64,000 nt of DNA from Spirochaetia bacterium (GCA_965199955.1 CBDATQ010000001.1:1536001-1600000); one strand, 5' to 3'; positions 1 to 10,456 are shown, numbered from the stretch's first letter. Notes: a model not told the origin generated them from the letters alone. Program-made: numbers and translations.

Positions 1-1150
1 CGATGTACAGCCCGTCCAGCGCCGCCTCGGCGGCGATCTTGTGCTCATCACGGTGAAAGCTGAACGACTCGGAGGTGATCTCGGCCAAGTCGCGCTCGTC
101 GAACAACGACGGCACCACCTCACCGGCGGCCACCAGCTTGCGGATCGTCGGCGCGCGCAGCGTCGTGATCCAGCGCAGCCCCTCCATCTCTTGCAGGTCC
201 TCGCGGATCCTCGCCGCGCTCAGCATCCCGCGGTCGCCGACCAGCACCACCCGCGTGAGTCCGAAGCGGGTGCGGATCTTGTCCACCTGCGCGCTCACCG
301 TCTTCGGGTCGGCGGTAGAGCCAGGCAAGACTTCCACCGCCACCGGACAGCCTTCCTGGGTGCACAGCAGCCCGAACACGATCTGCAGCGTGCCCGACTT
401 GCCGTCACGGCTGTGTCCCAACTGCGCCAGCTCGCAGTGGCTGCCCTCGAAGTAGGTCGAGCTCAGGTCGTAGAGCACCAGCGTGTGCTCGCTGAGGTGC
501 TGTTCAGCCAGGCGATCCTCGATCGCCGACTGGCGCCCGACCAACCAGTCCATCGCCTCATAGAGCTCGTTCTCATCGACCTCCCCCAGCCGCAGCGACT
601 CGCCCAGGGTGGACACGGCGCTGGGCGGTGACAGCGCGCGGGCGGTGGCCAGCTTGGACTGCGCGTCGATGACGCGGGCGGTGATCATGGCGATGACCAG
701 CTCGCGCGAGCGGCTGGCCTTGCGGGCGATGAGGGTGTGCAGCCCGAGGTGCTTGAGGATGCCCAGCACGGCGGCGACATGGCCGTGGGGGAGGCTGCGC
801 AGGCAGTCGAACGCGTCTTTGGGGTTGACCAGCGGTTCGCCCTTGAGGGCTCTGCGGATCAGATCGATGACGTGATCGGGGAGGTGGGAGATGTTGCCGA
901 GGGTTTCGTGCTTGATCTTTCCGTCCTGGCGGAAGGTACGGCGCAGCAGGTGGGTGTGGTAGGTCCGGTTGCCATGGCGGCGCGTAGTGGTGGCTACATG
1001 CACGGGTCCCTGTCTGCTGGGCATAGTTGCCAGGATAGCAGAAAAAGGAACAAGCGGTCAACTACACTCGTGGCTACACATTGCACCTCTAAAATGCCGT
1101 AACTGCCATTGCTTCAAATAGTTACGTCAATTTCGGCTCTGGAACTTCGG
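1..1150 (-). mobile_element. IS1634-family element, copy 1 (runs off the window start; mosaic and internally deleted)
   Basis: Terminal CTGGAACTTCGG ends at 1150, the same TIR as the copies at 8036 and 61306. Flank ACTAAT (=ATTAGT). Positions ~1-790 are near-identical to the transposase at 8220-9950. Confidence 0.93.
2..1024 (-). pseudogene. IS1634 transposase, partial, with a 234-bp in-frame internal deletion
   Basis: Reads MPSRQGPVHVATT...RSLPHGHVAAVLG...LYDLSSTYFEG...VGDRGM...DLAEITSE|SFSFHRDEHK. It lacks 78 codons present in copy 2. Confidence 0.88.
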
Positions 1151-1156
1151 ACTAAT

Positions 1157-2080
1157 CTACCTGCCGTTATGGAGAATGTCCAGTTGCGGCGATTCAGCGA
1201 TCCGGTTGAAAATCGACTTTGCGATGACGGGGAAAACGTCGCGCATGGCGTCCTTGTCGGTCATGTACTTTTCGACCAGCTTGCCGTTGGAGCTGAGCAT
1301 CTGCACCATGATGCGGTCAATCATCTCTCCGATAGCGAGTTCGAACTTGTCGTACTCGTTAGCGGTGGCCCAGAGCCGGACCTGCTCGTCGTTCACGGCT
1401 TTGGCCACCACCTGTTGAAAGAACAGCCGGTCCTCTTCACCCAGGTTCATGCCGTGCTGTTCGTTGAGGATCGCGATAATCTCCGATAGCGGGGCTCTTT
1501 CCGGCTCGGTACGCTTGGAGCCGATCTCTCCCGGCCCGACGACGGTGTTATCGCCATCGAATGCGATGGCCCCGTACCACTTGCGTTCCAGCCGGTAGGA
1601 TTCCAGATCAACGTTGTCGGTGATGTTGATGGCCTCCGCGCTTCCGTCGCTGCGGAGGCACGGAAGGAGGAGCCGTCCGAAAAGCGCCATCTTTTCCAGT
1701 TGGCCATCGCCATAAGGGATGATCTGGCTCAGGAAGGCGTAGAGCTTGCAGAAGGCGTTCAATTTGCCACGAAAGACAACAGCGTCTTCCTCGTCGGCTT
1801 CGCCGAACCGTTGCACCGCAGGTTGCAGTTTGGCTTGTAGCGCAGCGTGTGTCCGCTTATAGGCCAACTTACGGCTGCTGAAGTAGATTTGGCGAAGGCG
1901 TTGACTTCATCTAGGTGATAGATGCCGGTATCGTCGAGTTCGCCTTGAAGTTGATCCAGCCGGTGCGGGTCGGTGGTTTCCCTGATTTCGGTGCGGTCGT
2001 AGTACGGCGCGAACGCGGCGGCAATGTCCTCCGGGTTGTTTCTGAAGTCAAGGACAAACGGGTCTTGCTGACCTGCAACC
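1157..2080 (-). pseudogene. hsdR: Type I restriction enzyme R subunit, C-terminal fragment with a frameshift near 1890
   Basis: PFVLDFRNNPEDIAAAFAPYYDRTEIRETTDPHRL, then (shifted frame) FRGKLNAFCKLYAFLSQIIPYGD...PLSEIIAILNEQHG, typical of HsdR C-termini. The N-terminal nuclease/helicase part is absent. Confidence 0.8.
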
Positions 2081-2103
2081 TATCGAGCAACTGCCAGGAA
2101 CAA

Positions 2104-2484
2104 TCAGGAAGATACATCGAACCTGATGACGATTGGGTTTCCTGACAGCGTGCGAATCAGTAGCCAAGCAAGAACAGCAAGCAGAGGCAGGACCCAGATC
2201 AGCACACCTATCGCTTCCATGATTCCCCTCGGCGTCACACCCCACTTGTAGACTGCTATCTCTTCTCGGAAAGCTGCACGCCACTCAGCTTTCTTCTCAG
2301 GAGACATCCTGATAGAATCCCACACCTTCCCCCAAGGAACGGAAAGAATGCCGAACAGAATTGTCCCGGCCGCATAGATCCGCGTCTTGTCGATGCCCAA
2401 CACGGACTCTACCCACAACCCCAGGAACAGGGTAAGCAGAGCATTTGCAGCTCTGCGCAGCAGAATGCCTCGATTTCTTCCCAT
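2104..2484 (-). CDS. Hypothetical membrane protein (126 aa)
   Basis: ORF with three hydrophobic segments in lower-GC DNA; no recognised family. Confidence 0.5.
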   Translation of the reverse strand: MGRNRGILLRRAANALLTLFLGLWVESVLGIDKTRIYAAGTILFGILSVPWGKVWDSIRMSPEKKAEWRAAFREEIAVYKWGVTPRGIMEAIGVLIWVLPLLAVLAWLLIRTLSGNPIVIRFDVSS

Positions 2485-2512
2485 GGATAAGCAGCATCGG
2501 TCCGGAGATCAG

Positions 2513-2822
2513 GCTTTGTCAAGTGCATAATAACTGTCGAATGCTTATCGCCGTCAGCGCAAGGAGCTGCGGCTGAGCCTTGACAGCTTCTTGGAATTGT
2601 TCCTGACGACGAGCATGTGTTTCAGTACCTCCCGCTGCGCTGGCCGAACGGCATCCGTTGCCCCAGGTGCGGCGGTGGCGACATCGTGGAGCGTAAGAAT
2701 CGCCGGCCATGATAAAGCGTTCGCTCCTGCGGCACAGTAGCGAGGATGGGTAAAGTCGTCACATACTCGATCATGTGGCTTGGCAGGCGAACCTCTGTGC
2801 TGGGTAAAGTTGGCCTACATTC
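2513..2822 (+). mobile_element. IS1595-like remnant (degenerate zinc-ribbon N-terminus)
   Basis: Broken frames read FLELF..DDE.CFQYL..LRWPNGIRCPRCGG, the IS1595 transposase Zn-ribbon pattern. Boundaries are approximate. Confidence 0.55.
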
Positions 2823-2862
2823 CCTTTCATTCCGAATCATACCAGGGTCGCAGCCCGGCGGG

Positions 2863-3544
2863 TCAGATCGACCGGCGGGTCAGGCTGAAGCTCTGCGCGG
2901 TCGGGCCGTGGTCCGGCTGGGTGGCTAGGAACAGCGCCAGCGGAGCCACGTCCTCCGGCTCCTTCATCACCTCGCTGTCGGAGTAGGGTGGCGGCCCGCT
3001 GGAGGCCGTGAGCCGCGTGGCCACGGGGCCGGGAATGAGCTCGTTGACCGTGTGTTGTGCTGCCAGACTTCCTCGGCCAGGCACCGCGTGAACATCCACA
3101 GGCCGGCCTTGCCCACGTGATAGGCGCAGCCGTTCGCCGTCGGCCGGTGGCCCATGCCCGAGCCCACGTTGATCACCCGTCCGCCGCCGGACTCCACCAT
3201 CAACGGCAGCAGCGCCCGCGACACCAGGTAGGCGCTGACGCAATTGACCGTGACGTCCTCGACCCAGAGGTCGGGGTCGCTGTCCAGAATGCCCTTGTGC
3301 TCCAGCCCCCCGCCCGCGTTGTTGACCAGAATGTCCAGGCGGCCGAACGCGGTCCGGACGGCGCCGGCCAGGTCGTCCACCGCCCCACGCCGCGTAACGT
3401 CCGTGGGAACCGCGATGGCGCGGCGGCGCTGCGCGCGGCGAGGACCAGATCCGCCCCTTCGGCGGCGTAGGCGATGGCGATGGCGCGGCCGATCCCGCGC
3501 CCGCTGCCGGTTACGACGGCAACCTTCCCGAAGAGTAGCGGCAT
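2863..3544 (-). pseudogene. SDR-family oxidoreductase, frameshifted/deleted
   Basis: GKVAVVTGSGRGIG, LDILVNNAG, YHVGK and VNELIPGPVAT are spread over three frames (breaks near 3430 and 3050). Confidence 0.85.
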
Positions 3545-3626
3545 CACAGGACTCCTTTCGTGCAGGGTCGGGGATGCCTCCGCTCGCCGTCAATCACGTA
3601 CGACGCTGTCGCGTCCGGCGGACCCT

Positions 3627-4984
3627 ATTGCCTCAACTAAGAATCGAACCGTAGCGAGGCCATGCCTCACGAATGAATCTAACCGAAGGCGGCGGCGGAA
3701 ACGAGGGGAGGCGCGAGTGGGGAGACTCACAGGCTGTGGATATGTGGATACAACGTGGGCGGCGGCGTGGCGCGTGCGGCAAGAGTGCTCGCTGCAGACG
3801 GTGGCTGCCGTTGCGGAGCTGCCCATCGGAGCGGATCGTGGCGAGCGCCAGGCTCCCTCACACGGGCAGGTGGTCTGCGAGCGCAGGCAGCAGCGGTGGC
3901 GCCGCGGTGCACAGAGCCGGACGCGAATCAACGTTGGTGGAGCGCACTGCGGGTATCGGGACACCACCCCGGCGCAGCAAACGCCGTGAGGGCAATCCTC
4001 GCGCGTTGATTTCTCCGCTCACGGCCCGCTGAGGCCGAGCGACCCTCCAGAGCCGTCCGAGCCGCCGTTCGGCGCCAACGCTCATCGGTTGCTCGGCCGT
4101 GCCGGGGGCCGTGTCTTGTCGGCATGCGCCCGCAGCAGGTGATCGGTCAATCGGGTCAGCTCGCGCTTCGTGGCGCAGGTAGCCGACCGCGCGGCGCACC
4201 ACGTGGCCGTTCTTCTGCTCGACGTAGCAGGTGTCGTTCTTGCGGTACGGGCGCGCGCGCGTGAAGGTGATCTGATGCTCGTTGCAGAAGCCGACCAAGT
4301 GGTGGTTGATGAATTCGCTGCCGTTGTCGGTGTCGATGCCCTTGAGCGGGATCGGCAGCGTGCGGCGTGCGTCCTGCAGGGCCGCGTGGGTCCAACGCTG
4401 CGCCTTGTTCTTCAGCCCGTGCAGCTCGACCCAGCCGGTGTCGAGGTCGGTGAGGCTCAGCGTGTGGCACAACTCGCCGGAGGCGTTGCCGCCGTCGTGG
4501 CCCACCAGGTCGATCTCGAAGAAGCCCGGCTCCTGTTCGTTCCAGTCGGCGAAGGTGCGGATCGGGATCTGGTGCTTCAGGAGGCTGCCTGGCTTGGTGT
4601 GGGTGCGGCCCTTGATCTGCAGCCGCGCGCGGGGCTTGGGGCGCCGGGGGCGTCCGACCACGAGCTTGACCATCTGTTCGTCGATGCGCACCACGCGGGT
4701 ACGCCCCCAAGAGTTCAGCAGATGGATCGCGTACTTGCGTGTGTAGCCGGTGGCCTCGACGAACTCGCCGAGGATGACCGTCTTGTCCTTCCTGGCGGCG
4801 CTGCGGTACCGCCGCGCTACCTGCTCCGTGAGTGCCCTGCGCTCACCCATCGTCAGCCCCATCTCCTCGGAACCTCCTCCGCGGTGTGCGAAGGGCTCCG
4901 GACCGGACCGTGAGGTCCAGCCGCTTCGGTTAGATTTTTAGGTGAGGCACGCTTTCGGCAGGGTTAGATTCCTGGTGAGGCAAT
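3627..4984 (-). mobile_element. Integrase-core (IS481/ISNCY-like) insertion sequence, internally deleted, with two repeated motifs at each end
   Basis: Motif TGCCTCA-N5/6-AATCTAACC-like occurs at 3627-3650 and 3661-3684, and inverted at 4928-4949 and 4962-4984. It encloses a DDE transposase remnant. Confidence 0.75.
4160..4862 (-). pseudogene. Integrase-core DDE transposase, truncated
   Basis: MGLTMGERRAL...GYTRKYAIHLL; PGSLLKHQIPIRT; PGFFEIDLVGHDGG; IDTDNGSEFIN; RARPYRKNDTCYVEQKN. Apparent deletion after RRPKPR and loss of the C-terminus. Confidence 0.82.
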
Positions 4985-5027
4985 GCGTGTAGTTGACCTG
5001 GTTCCTGGAGCAGCGGTAGGCTGAACC

Positions 5028-6419
5028 ATGAGAACCAGTTGTTTTGTCCGTCCTGAGGCCGTCGGCGTGCTGCTTGCGACGCTGCTGGTGGGCTGCTCGG
5101 CGCCCGTTTCCACGGAGCCGCCGGACACCAAGCCGAGTTTCGGCGGACAGACAGTACCCGATCAGACCTACACGGTGGGCGCCCCGATCGCGCTGTTGGT
5201 GTTGCCGGCGGCGACCGGTGGCAATCCGCCGTTGAGCTACAGCTTGACGCCGACCGTGCCGGGCCTGCGATTCGCGGCGGCGAGCCGGACCCTGCAAGGG
5301 ACGCCGAGTTCAGCGGGAACGCATTCCATTACGTATCGCGTAGTGGACGCCGACGGCGACGCGGCAACGCTTCGCTTTGAAGTGCGCGTGGCCCCGGCCC
5401 CGGTGGCGGACACCAAGCCGAGTTTCGGCGGACAGACAGTACCCGATCAGACCTACACGGTGGACGCCCCGATTGCGCCGTTGGTGTTGCCGGCGGCGAC
5501 CGGTGGCAATCCGCCGTTGAGCTACAGCTTGACGCCGACCGTGCCGGGCCTGCGATTCGCGGCGGCGAGCCGGACCCTGCAAGGGACGCCGAGTTCAGCG
5601 GGAACGCATTCCATGACGTATCGCGTAGTGGACGCCGACGGCGACGCGGCAACGCTTCGCTTTGAAGTGCGCGTGGCCCCGGCCCCGGTGGCGGACACCA
5701 AGCCGAGTTTCGGCGGACAGACAGTACCCGATCAGACCTACACGGTGGGCGCCCCGATCGCGCTGTTGGTGTTGCCGGCGGCGACCGGTGGCAATCCGCC
5801 GTTGAGCTACAGCTTGACGCCGACCGTGCCGGGCCTGCGATTCGCGGCGGCGAGCCGGACCCTGCAAGGGACGCCGAGTTCAGTGGGAACGCATTCCATG
5901 ACGTATCGCGTAGTGGACGCCGACGGCGACGCGGCAACGCTTCGCTTTGAAGTGCGCGTGGCCCCGGTACCGGAACCTGACGACGGGAGTTGGGTGACGT
6001 GGGAGACGACGAATCCTCTTGACGACACGACAACCGTTGTCGCGTTTCTCCGCGCAGTAGAGGGCGTCGGTGGATACAGCTCAGATCCGTTCTTGCTGGT
6101 CGCTCGATGCAAGTCAGACAAGACCGAGGTGTACATCGATTGGCATGACTACCTCGGCGACGACACGAAGAACAAAAAGCGGGTCACCTACCGGTTCCCG
6201 CCATCCGACGCGGTGACCGAGCTGTGGGGCGTCAGCACCGACAACGAAGCGACGTTCGTGGCGAGAGCGATTCCGTTCCTGAGGACACTGGTCCAGAGTG
6301 ACCGACTGGTCGCGCAGACGACCCCGTATGGTGAATCACCCAGTCTGGCCGTGTTCGACTTGGCCGGGGCACCTGTCGCGATCGCTAGGGTTGCTGAGGA
6401 GTGTCACTGGGAGTTCTGA
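5028..6419 (+). CDS. Lipoprotein with three putative Ig (He_PIG-like) repeats and a C-terminal VasI/TagO-like domain
   Basis: Lipobox LLVGC. Three 95-aa repeats (PGLRF..SRTLQGTP..GTHS.TYRVVDADGD). The C-terminus (TNPLDD..LVARCKSDKTEVYIDW..STDNEATF..TPYGES..FDL) resembles the VasI family. Confidence 0.75.
   Translation: MRTSCFVRPEAVGVLLATLLVGCSAPVSTEPPDTKPSFGGQTVPDQTYTVGAPIALLVLPAATGGNPPLSYSLTPTVPGLRFAAASRTLQGTPSSAGTHSITYRVVDADGDAATLRFEVRVAPAPVADTKPSFGGQTVPDQTYTVDAPIAPLVLPAATGGNPPLSYSLTPTVPGLRFAAASRTLQGTPSSAGTHSMTYRVVDADGDAATLRFEVRVAPAPVADTKPSFGGQTVPDQTYTVGAPIALLVLPAATGGNPPLSYSLTPTVPGLRFAAASRTLQGTPSSVGTHSMTYRVVDADGDAATLRFEVRVAPVPEPDDGSWVTWETTNPLDDTTTVVAFLRAVEGVGGYSSDPFLLVARCKSDKTEVYIDWHDYLGDDTKNKKRVTYRFPPSDAVTELWGVSTDNEATFVARAIPFLRTLVQSDRLVAQTTPYGESPSLAVFDLAGAPVAIARVAEECHWEF
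5122..5967 (+). repeat. Tandem repeat, ~3 x 285 bp
   Basis: Units start CGGACACCAAGCCG at 5122, 5407 and 5692, with only a few substitutions between them. Confidence 0.97.
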
Positions 6420-6505
6420 CTTCGACCCCTCCCGCGCCGGGAGAACGGAACTCTGGCCGTCGTCGCCGTCGTTCCGTGGGGGAAAGCGGACTGCGGTGGA
6501 GCGTT

Positions 6506-6916
6506 TCAGCGATCGTACTCCGCACCGCCCGTTGAAATGCGGTAAAGCGTGCGCGAGTAGGGCAGCCGCAAGTAGGTGTGTGCCTCTTCAAGCACTCGCC
6601 CGAGGACCATTCCTCGGCACAACAGGCTCACGCCATCTTGAATCCGTAGGCAAATCGCATCGGCGCTGTCGATGAACCTCGTGTTGGTCAAGCGAGACAT
6701 CACCACGGTGCGCCCTTCAGGAACTGCGCCGATCGGCTGAACGACGAACACGGTGACCTGGGTGGAAATCAGCACCGAAACCACGATAACAGCCATGGCC
6801 ACGATGATTGCAACGCGCGCGCGGCGGGCTCTTGTACCACGACGCGCGGTCCCTGATCCACCGCCGACCAGATGATGTGGTTCTGTGGCGTTCCGCTTCT
6901 CGTCCGTCATCATCAT
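6506..6916 (-). CDS. Membrane-anchored hypothetical protein
   Basis: N-terminal TM segment, then VFVVQPIGAVPEG..FIDSADAIC..SLLCRG. Confidence 0.65.
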   Translation of the reverse strand: MMMTDEKRNATEPHHLVGGGSGTARRGTRARRARVAIIVAMAVIVVSVLISTQVTVFVVQPIGAVPEGRTVVMSRLTNTRFIDSADAICLRIQDGVSLLCRGMVLGRVLEEAHTYLRLPYSRTLYRISTGGAEYDR

Positions 6917-7126
6917 CCGGCATCATACACAAGACCAACGGGCTTGGTCGCTCTCTTGGGGCTACCGGCGCGCGAAGCCCGTTGAACTTGCGGAGCCTAC
7001 GCCCTGTGGGGTGGCCCACTGGGCCGCGTGGTGAACGAACCGATTGCCGGCTAGATGAGGCCTTGGTGCTGGCCCTACTGATGGCTGAACGGCGTCGAGG
7101 GAGTGTCCGGGTTTGAGCGGCCAGAC

Positions 7127-7740
7127 TAGTGGACTGTAACGATCATTCATGGATGTGTCGTGACGGATCAACGTAATGCCACTTCACGACCCGCGGATTC
7201 TTGTTGTATTCGCGGATGTATCGCATCAGCTTGCTCTTCAGATCCGCCACCGAACTGAACACTCCGCGGGTGATCACGTCGCGCGAGATCTTCGCAAACC
7301 ACAGCTCCACCTGGTTCAGCCACGATGAGTAGGTCGGCGTGAAATGCAGCCGCACCATCGGATGGTCGCTGAGAAACTCCTGCACTCGCTTCGTCTTGTG
7401 CGCCGACAGGTTGTCGGCGATCACGTGAATCTCCTGACCGGCCGGCTGATGCGCCACGATCTCGCGCAGAAACGCCACAAACTGCTCCGAGGTGTGCCGC
7501 GTGGCGGTCTTGCCGAGCACCTGGCCGGTCTTCGTATTGAACGCCGCGTACAGCGCCAGCGTGCCGTGCCGGTAGTACTCGAACCCGTGCCGTTCGGCCC
7601 GACCCGGCGACAGCGGCAGCACCGGGACGTTGCGGTCGAGCGCTTGAATCGCCGTCTTCTCGTCCACGCAGAACACCGCCGCGTGCGCCGGCGGGTTCAG
7701 GTACAGCCCGATGATGTCGGCCGCCTTCTGCTCTAAGTCC
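7127..7740 (-). pseudogene. IS630-family transposase, C-terminal half with element end
   Basis: AADIIGLYLNPP, CVDEKTAIQALDR, YYRHGT, IADNLSAHKT and TPTYSSWLNQVELWF. End sequence GTTACAGTCCACTA near 7127. Confidence 0.9.
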
Positions 7741-8018
7741 GAACCGCCGACGCAGCGGCCGACCAAATCGAGCAGTTCGGGATGTTGATCGAGCAACAGG
7801 GACGCCAGTTCCAGTTCGTCGGCGACGGTATGGTCAATCTGCGGCGCCTGGAATACCCTTGGTTGTTCGGTGCGTGTCGTGCGCATTGGGCTCTCCGGGG
7901 TGTTTCGGTTGTTTCGTGGATTTGCACCAAGCGATGATAACCGAAACACCCTTTCTTCAACCCACCAAAACCATCAATTCACGCCTGATCAACGACTTGT
8001 GAGTTTGCGGACAGGAAC
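7741..8018 (-). mobile_element. ISNCY-type element left-end fragment (transposase N-terminus fused to the IS630 remnant)
   Basis: TIR CGGACAGGAAC ends at 8018; encodes MRTTRTEQPRVFQAPQIDH... Closely similar to 60980-61160. Confidence 0.75.
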
Positions 8019-8035
8019 GAGTGTGTTGCGTTAGG

Positions 8036-10028
8036 CCGAAGTTCCAGAGCGTGAATCTCTCGTAATTTCATTGACAGAAAATTAGTTGAAAGGTGATCTG
8101 CGTGCTGATTGGCGTCGTTTCGTGTCCATGCAGATGGTGGTGAATAGCGGCGAGATACATGCTATTTGATCTTGACATATCGTGATTTGTGTGCATGCTG
8201 TTGCCACAGATCGGTAGTCATGTACATCGAGTCTGTCCCCAACCGCTCCTCTCCCCCTGCCATCCTGCTCCGCGAGTCCTACCGCGAGCACGGCAAGGTC
8301 AAGAAGCGCACGCTCGCGAACCTCTCCAAATGGCCCCCTGATCTGGTCGACGGCTTGCGCACCCTGCTCAAGGGCGGCCACGCCTTCGCCTCGGTCTCGG
8401 ATGCGTTGCTGCTCACGCGCTCGCTGCCCCACGGCCACGTCGCCGCCGTGCTGGGCATCCTCAAGCAGCTCGGACTCCATACCCTCATCGCCCGCAAGGC
8501 CAGCCGCTCGCGCGAGCTGATCATCGCCATGATCACCGCCCGCGTCATCGACGCGCAGTCCAAACTGGCCACCGCCCGCGCGCTGTCACCGCCCAGCGCC
8601 GTGTCCACCCTGGGCGAGTCGCTGCGGCTGGGGGAGGTCGATGAGAACGAGCTCTATGAGGCGATGGACTGGTTGGTCGGGCGCCAGTCGGCGATCGAGG
8701 ATCGCCTGGCTGAACAGCACCTCAGCGAGCACACGCTGGTGCTCTACGACCTGAGCTCGACCTACTTCGAGGGCAGCCACTGCGAGCTGGCGCAGTTGGG
8801 ACACAGCCGTGACGGCAAGTCGGGCACGCTGCAGATCGTGTTCGGGCTGCTGTGCACCCAGGAAGGCTGTCCGGTGGCGGTGGAGGTATTCCCTGGCTCT
8901 ACCGCCGACCCGAAGACGGTGAGCGCGCAGGTGGACAAGATCCGCACCCGCTTCGGACTCACGCGGGTGGTGCTGGTCGGCGACCGCGGGATGCTGAGCG
9001 CGGCGAGGATCCGCGAGGATCTGCAAGAGGTGGAGGGGCTGCGCTGGATCACCACGCTGCGCGCGCCGACGATCCGCAAGCTGGTGGCCGCCGGCGAGGT
9101 GGCGCCGTCGTTGTTCGACGAGCGCGACCTGGCCGAGATCACCAGCGAGGAGTTTCCGGGCGAGCGGCTGATCGTGTGCCGCAACCCGTTGCTGGCCGAC
9201 GAACGGGAGCGCAAGCGCCAGGAGCTGCTACAGGCCACCGAGCAGAAGCTGGCCCCGATCGCTCAGGCCACCCAGCGCGTCCATCAGCCGCTACGGGGCG
9301 AGGCCGAGATCGGCATGCGGGTCGGCAAGGTGATCAATCACTACAAGGTGGGCAAGCACTTCGTGACCGAGATCACCTCCGAGTCGTTCAGCTTTCGGCG
9401 CGATGAGCACAAGATCGCCGCCGAGCAGGCGCTGGACGGGCTGTACATCGTGCGCAGCAACGTGGAGCCGCAGGTGCTCGACGCGGCGCAGACGGTGCGC
9501 GCCTACAAGGGGCTGTCGAAGGTGGAGCGGGCGTTTCGGTGCATGAAGTCCGTGGACCTGAAGGTGCGCCCGATTCACCACCGGCGCGCCGATCGGGTGC
9601 GGGCGCACGTGCTGCTGTGCATGCTGGCCTACTACGTGGAGTGGCACATGCGGCGCTCGCTGGCGCCGTTGCTGTTCGACGATCACGATCGACAGGGCGC
9701 CGAGCGCAAGCGGGTCTCCGAAGTGGCGCCGGCGCAGCGATCGGCGGCCGCGGCGGCCAAGGCGTCGAGCAAGCGCACCGAGGACGGGTTGCCGGTGCAC
9801 AGCTTTCGCACGCTGATCACTGAACTGGGCACGCTGACGGCGAACACGATGCAGGTTGCAGAGGGCGGCAGCACGTTCACGCTGCACACGCACCCGACGC
9901 CGGTTCAGCAGCGCTGTTTCGAGCTGCTTGGGGTCACGCCCCGCATGTAGCCATGCACAGGAACCTGCACCATTGAGAAACTACCCTGACCACAAGGACT
10001 TCAGGCAATTTCGCTCCTGGAACTTCGG
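8036..10028 (+). mobile_element. IS1634-family element, copy 2 (complete)
   Basis: TIRs CCGAAGTTCCAG...CTGGAACTTCGG. Flanks GTTAGG/CTTAGG match at 5 of 6 positions (target duplication). Confidence 0.95.
8220..9950 (+). CDS. IS1634-family transposase (intact)
   Basis: MYIESVPNRSSPPAILLRESYRE; DDE motifs LYDLSSTYFEG, VGDRGM and YKGLSKVERAFRCMK; RVRAHVLLCMLAY. Confidence 0.95.
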   Translation: MYIESVPNRSSPPAILLRESYREHGKVKKRTLANLSKWPPDLVDGLRTLLKGGHAFASVSDALLLTRSLPHGHVAAVLGILKQLGLHTLIARKASRSRELIIAMITARVIDAQSKLATARALSPPSAVSTLGESLRLGEVDENELYEAMDWLVGRQSAIEDRLAEQHLSEHTLVLYDLSSTYFEGSHCELAQLGHSRDGKSGTLQIVFGLLCTQEGCPVAVEVFPGSTADPKTVSAQVDKIRTRFGLTRVVLVGDRGMLSAARIREDLQEVEGLRWITTLRAPTIRKLVAAGEVAPSLFDERDLAEITSEEFPGERLIVCRNPLLADERERKRQELLQATEQKLAPIAQATQRVHQPLRGEAEIGMRVGKVINHYKVGKHFVTEITSESFSFRRDEHKIAAEQALDGLYIVRSNVEPQVLDAAQTVRAYKGLSKVERAFRCMKSVDLKVRPIHHRRADRVRAHVLLCMLAYYVEWHMRRSLAPLLFDDHDRQGAERKRVSEVAPAQRSAAAAAKASSKRTEDGLPVHSFRTLITELGTLTANTMQVAEGGSTFTLHTHPTPVQQRCFELLGVTPRM

Positions 10029-10060
10029 CTTAGGAGTCGTCGAGAAGACGAATCAGAAGT

Positions 10061-10456
10061 ATGCTGTCTTATCCAATCACGTTGGAAACATGACGACGGG
10101 CCGTGATCGTTACGCCCCCGGACTTTCCAGAACTCACGACGTTCGGGGACGATCGAGCGGAGGCGCTTGAGCGCGCGGTCGGGTCGCTCGAAGAAGCGGT
10201 CGCCGCGCGCATCTACGCTCGACAGGACATTCCGGAACCATCGCACGGCAAGGTTCGTGCCTCGCTGCCGACCCTCACCGCTGTCAAGGTGATCCTGTAC
10301 CGGGGGATGCGGAGCCAGGGTATCGGCAAGGCCGAATTGGCCCGGCGTCTCGGGTGGCACCTGCCGCAGGTCGATCGTGTCCTGGACGTGAACCACCATT
10401 CTCGGCTCGACCAGATGGATCTGGCTCTGGGCCCATCGGGCTACGCCTGGAAGTGA
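10061..10456 (+). pseudogene. hicB: HicB-family antitoxin with HTH, frameshifted near 10090
   Basis: MLSYPITLE / VIVT.PDFPELTTFGDDRAEAL...KAELARRLGWHLPQVDRVLD. Confidence 0.8.

Noticed and set aside
3735..3752. Two DnaA-box-like TGTGGATA motifs (possible origin)
   Set aside because: Only two motifs, inside an IS, with no AT-rich unwinding element or dnaA/rep gene.
5122..5967. Repeats as a CRISPR array
   Set aside because: They are 285-bp in-frame coding repeats without spacers; no cas genes are present.
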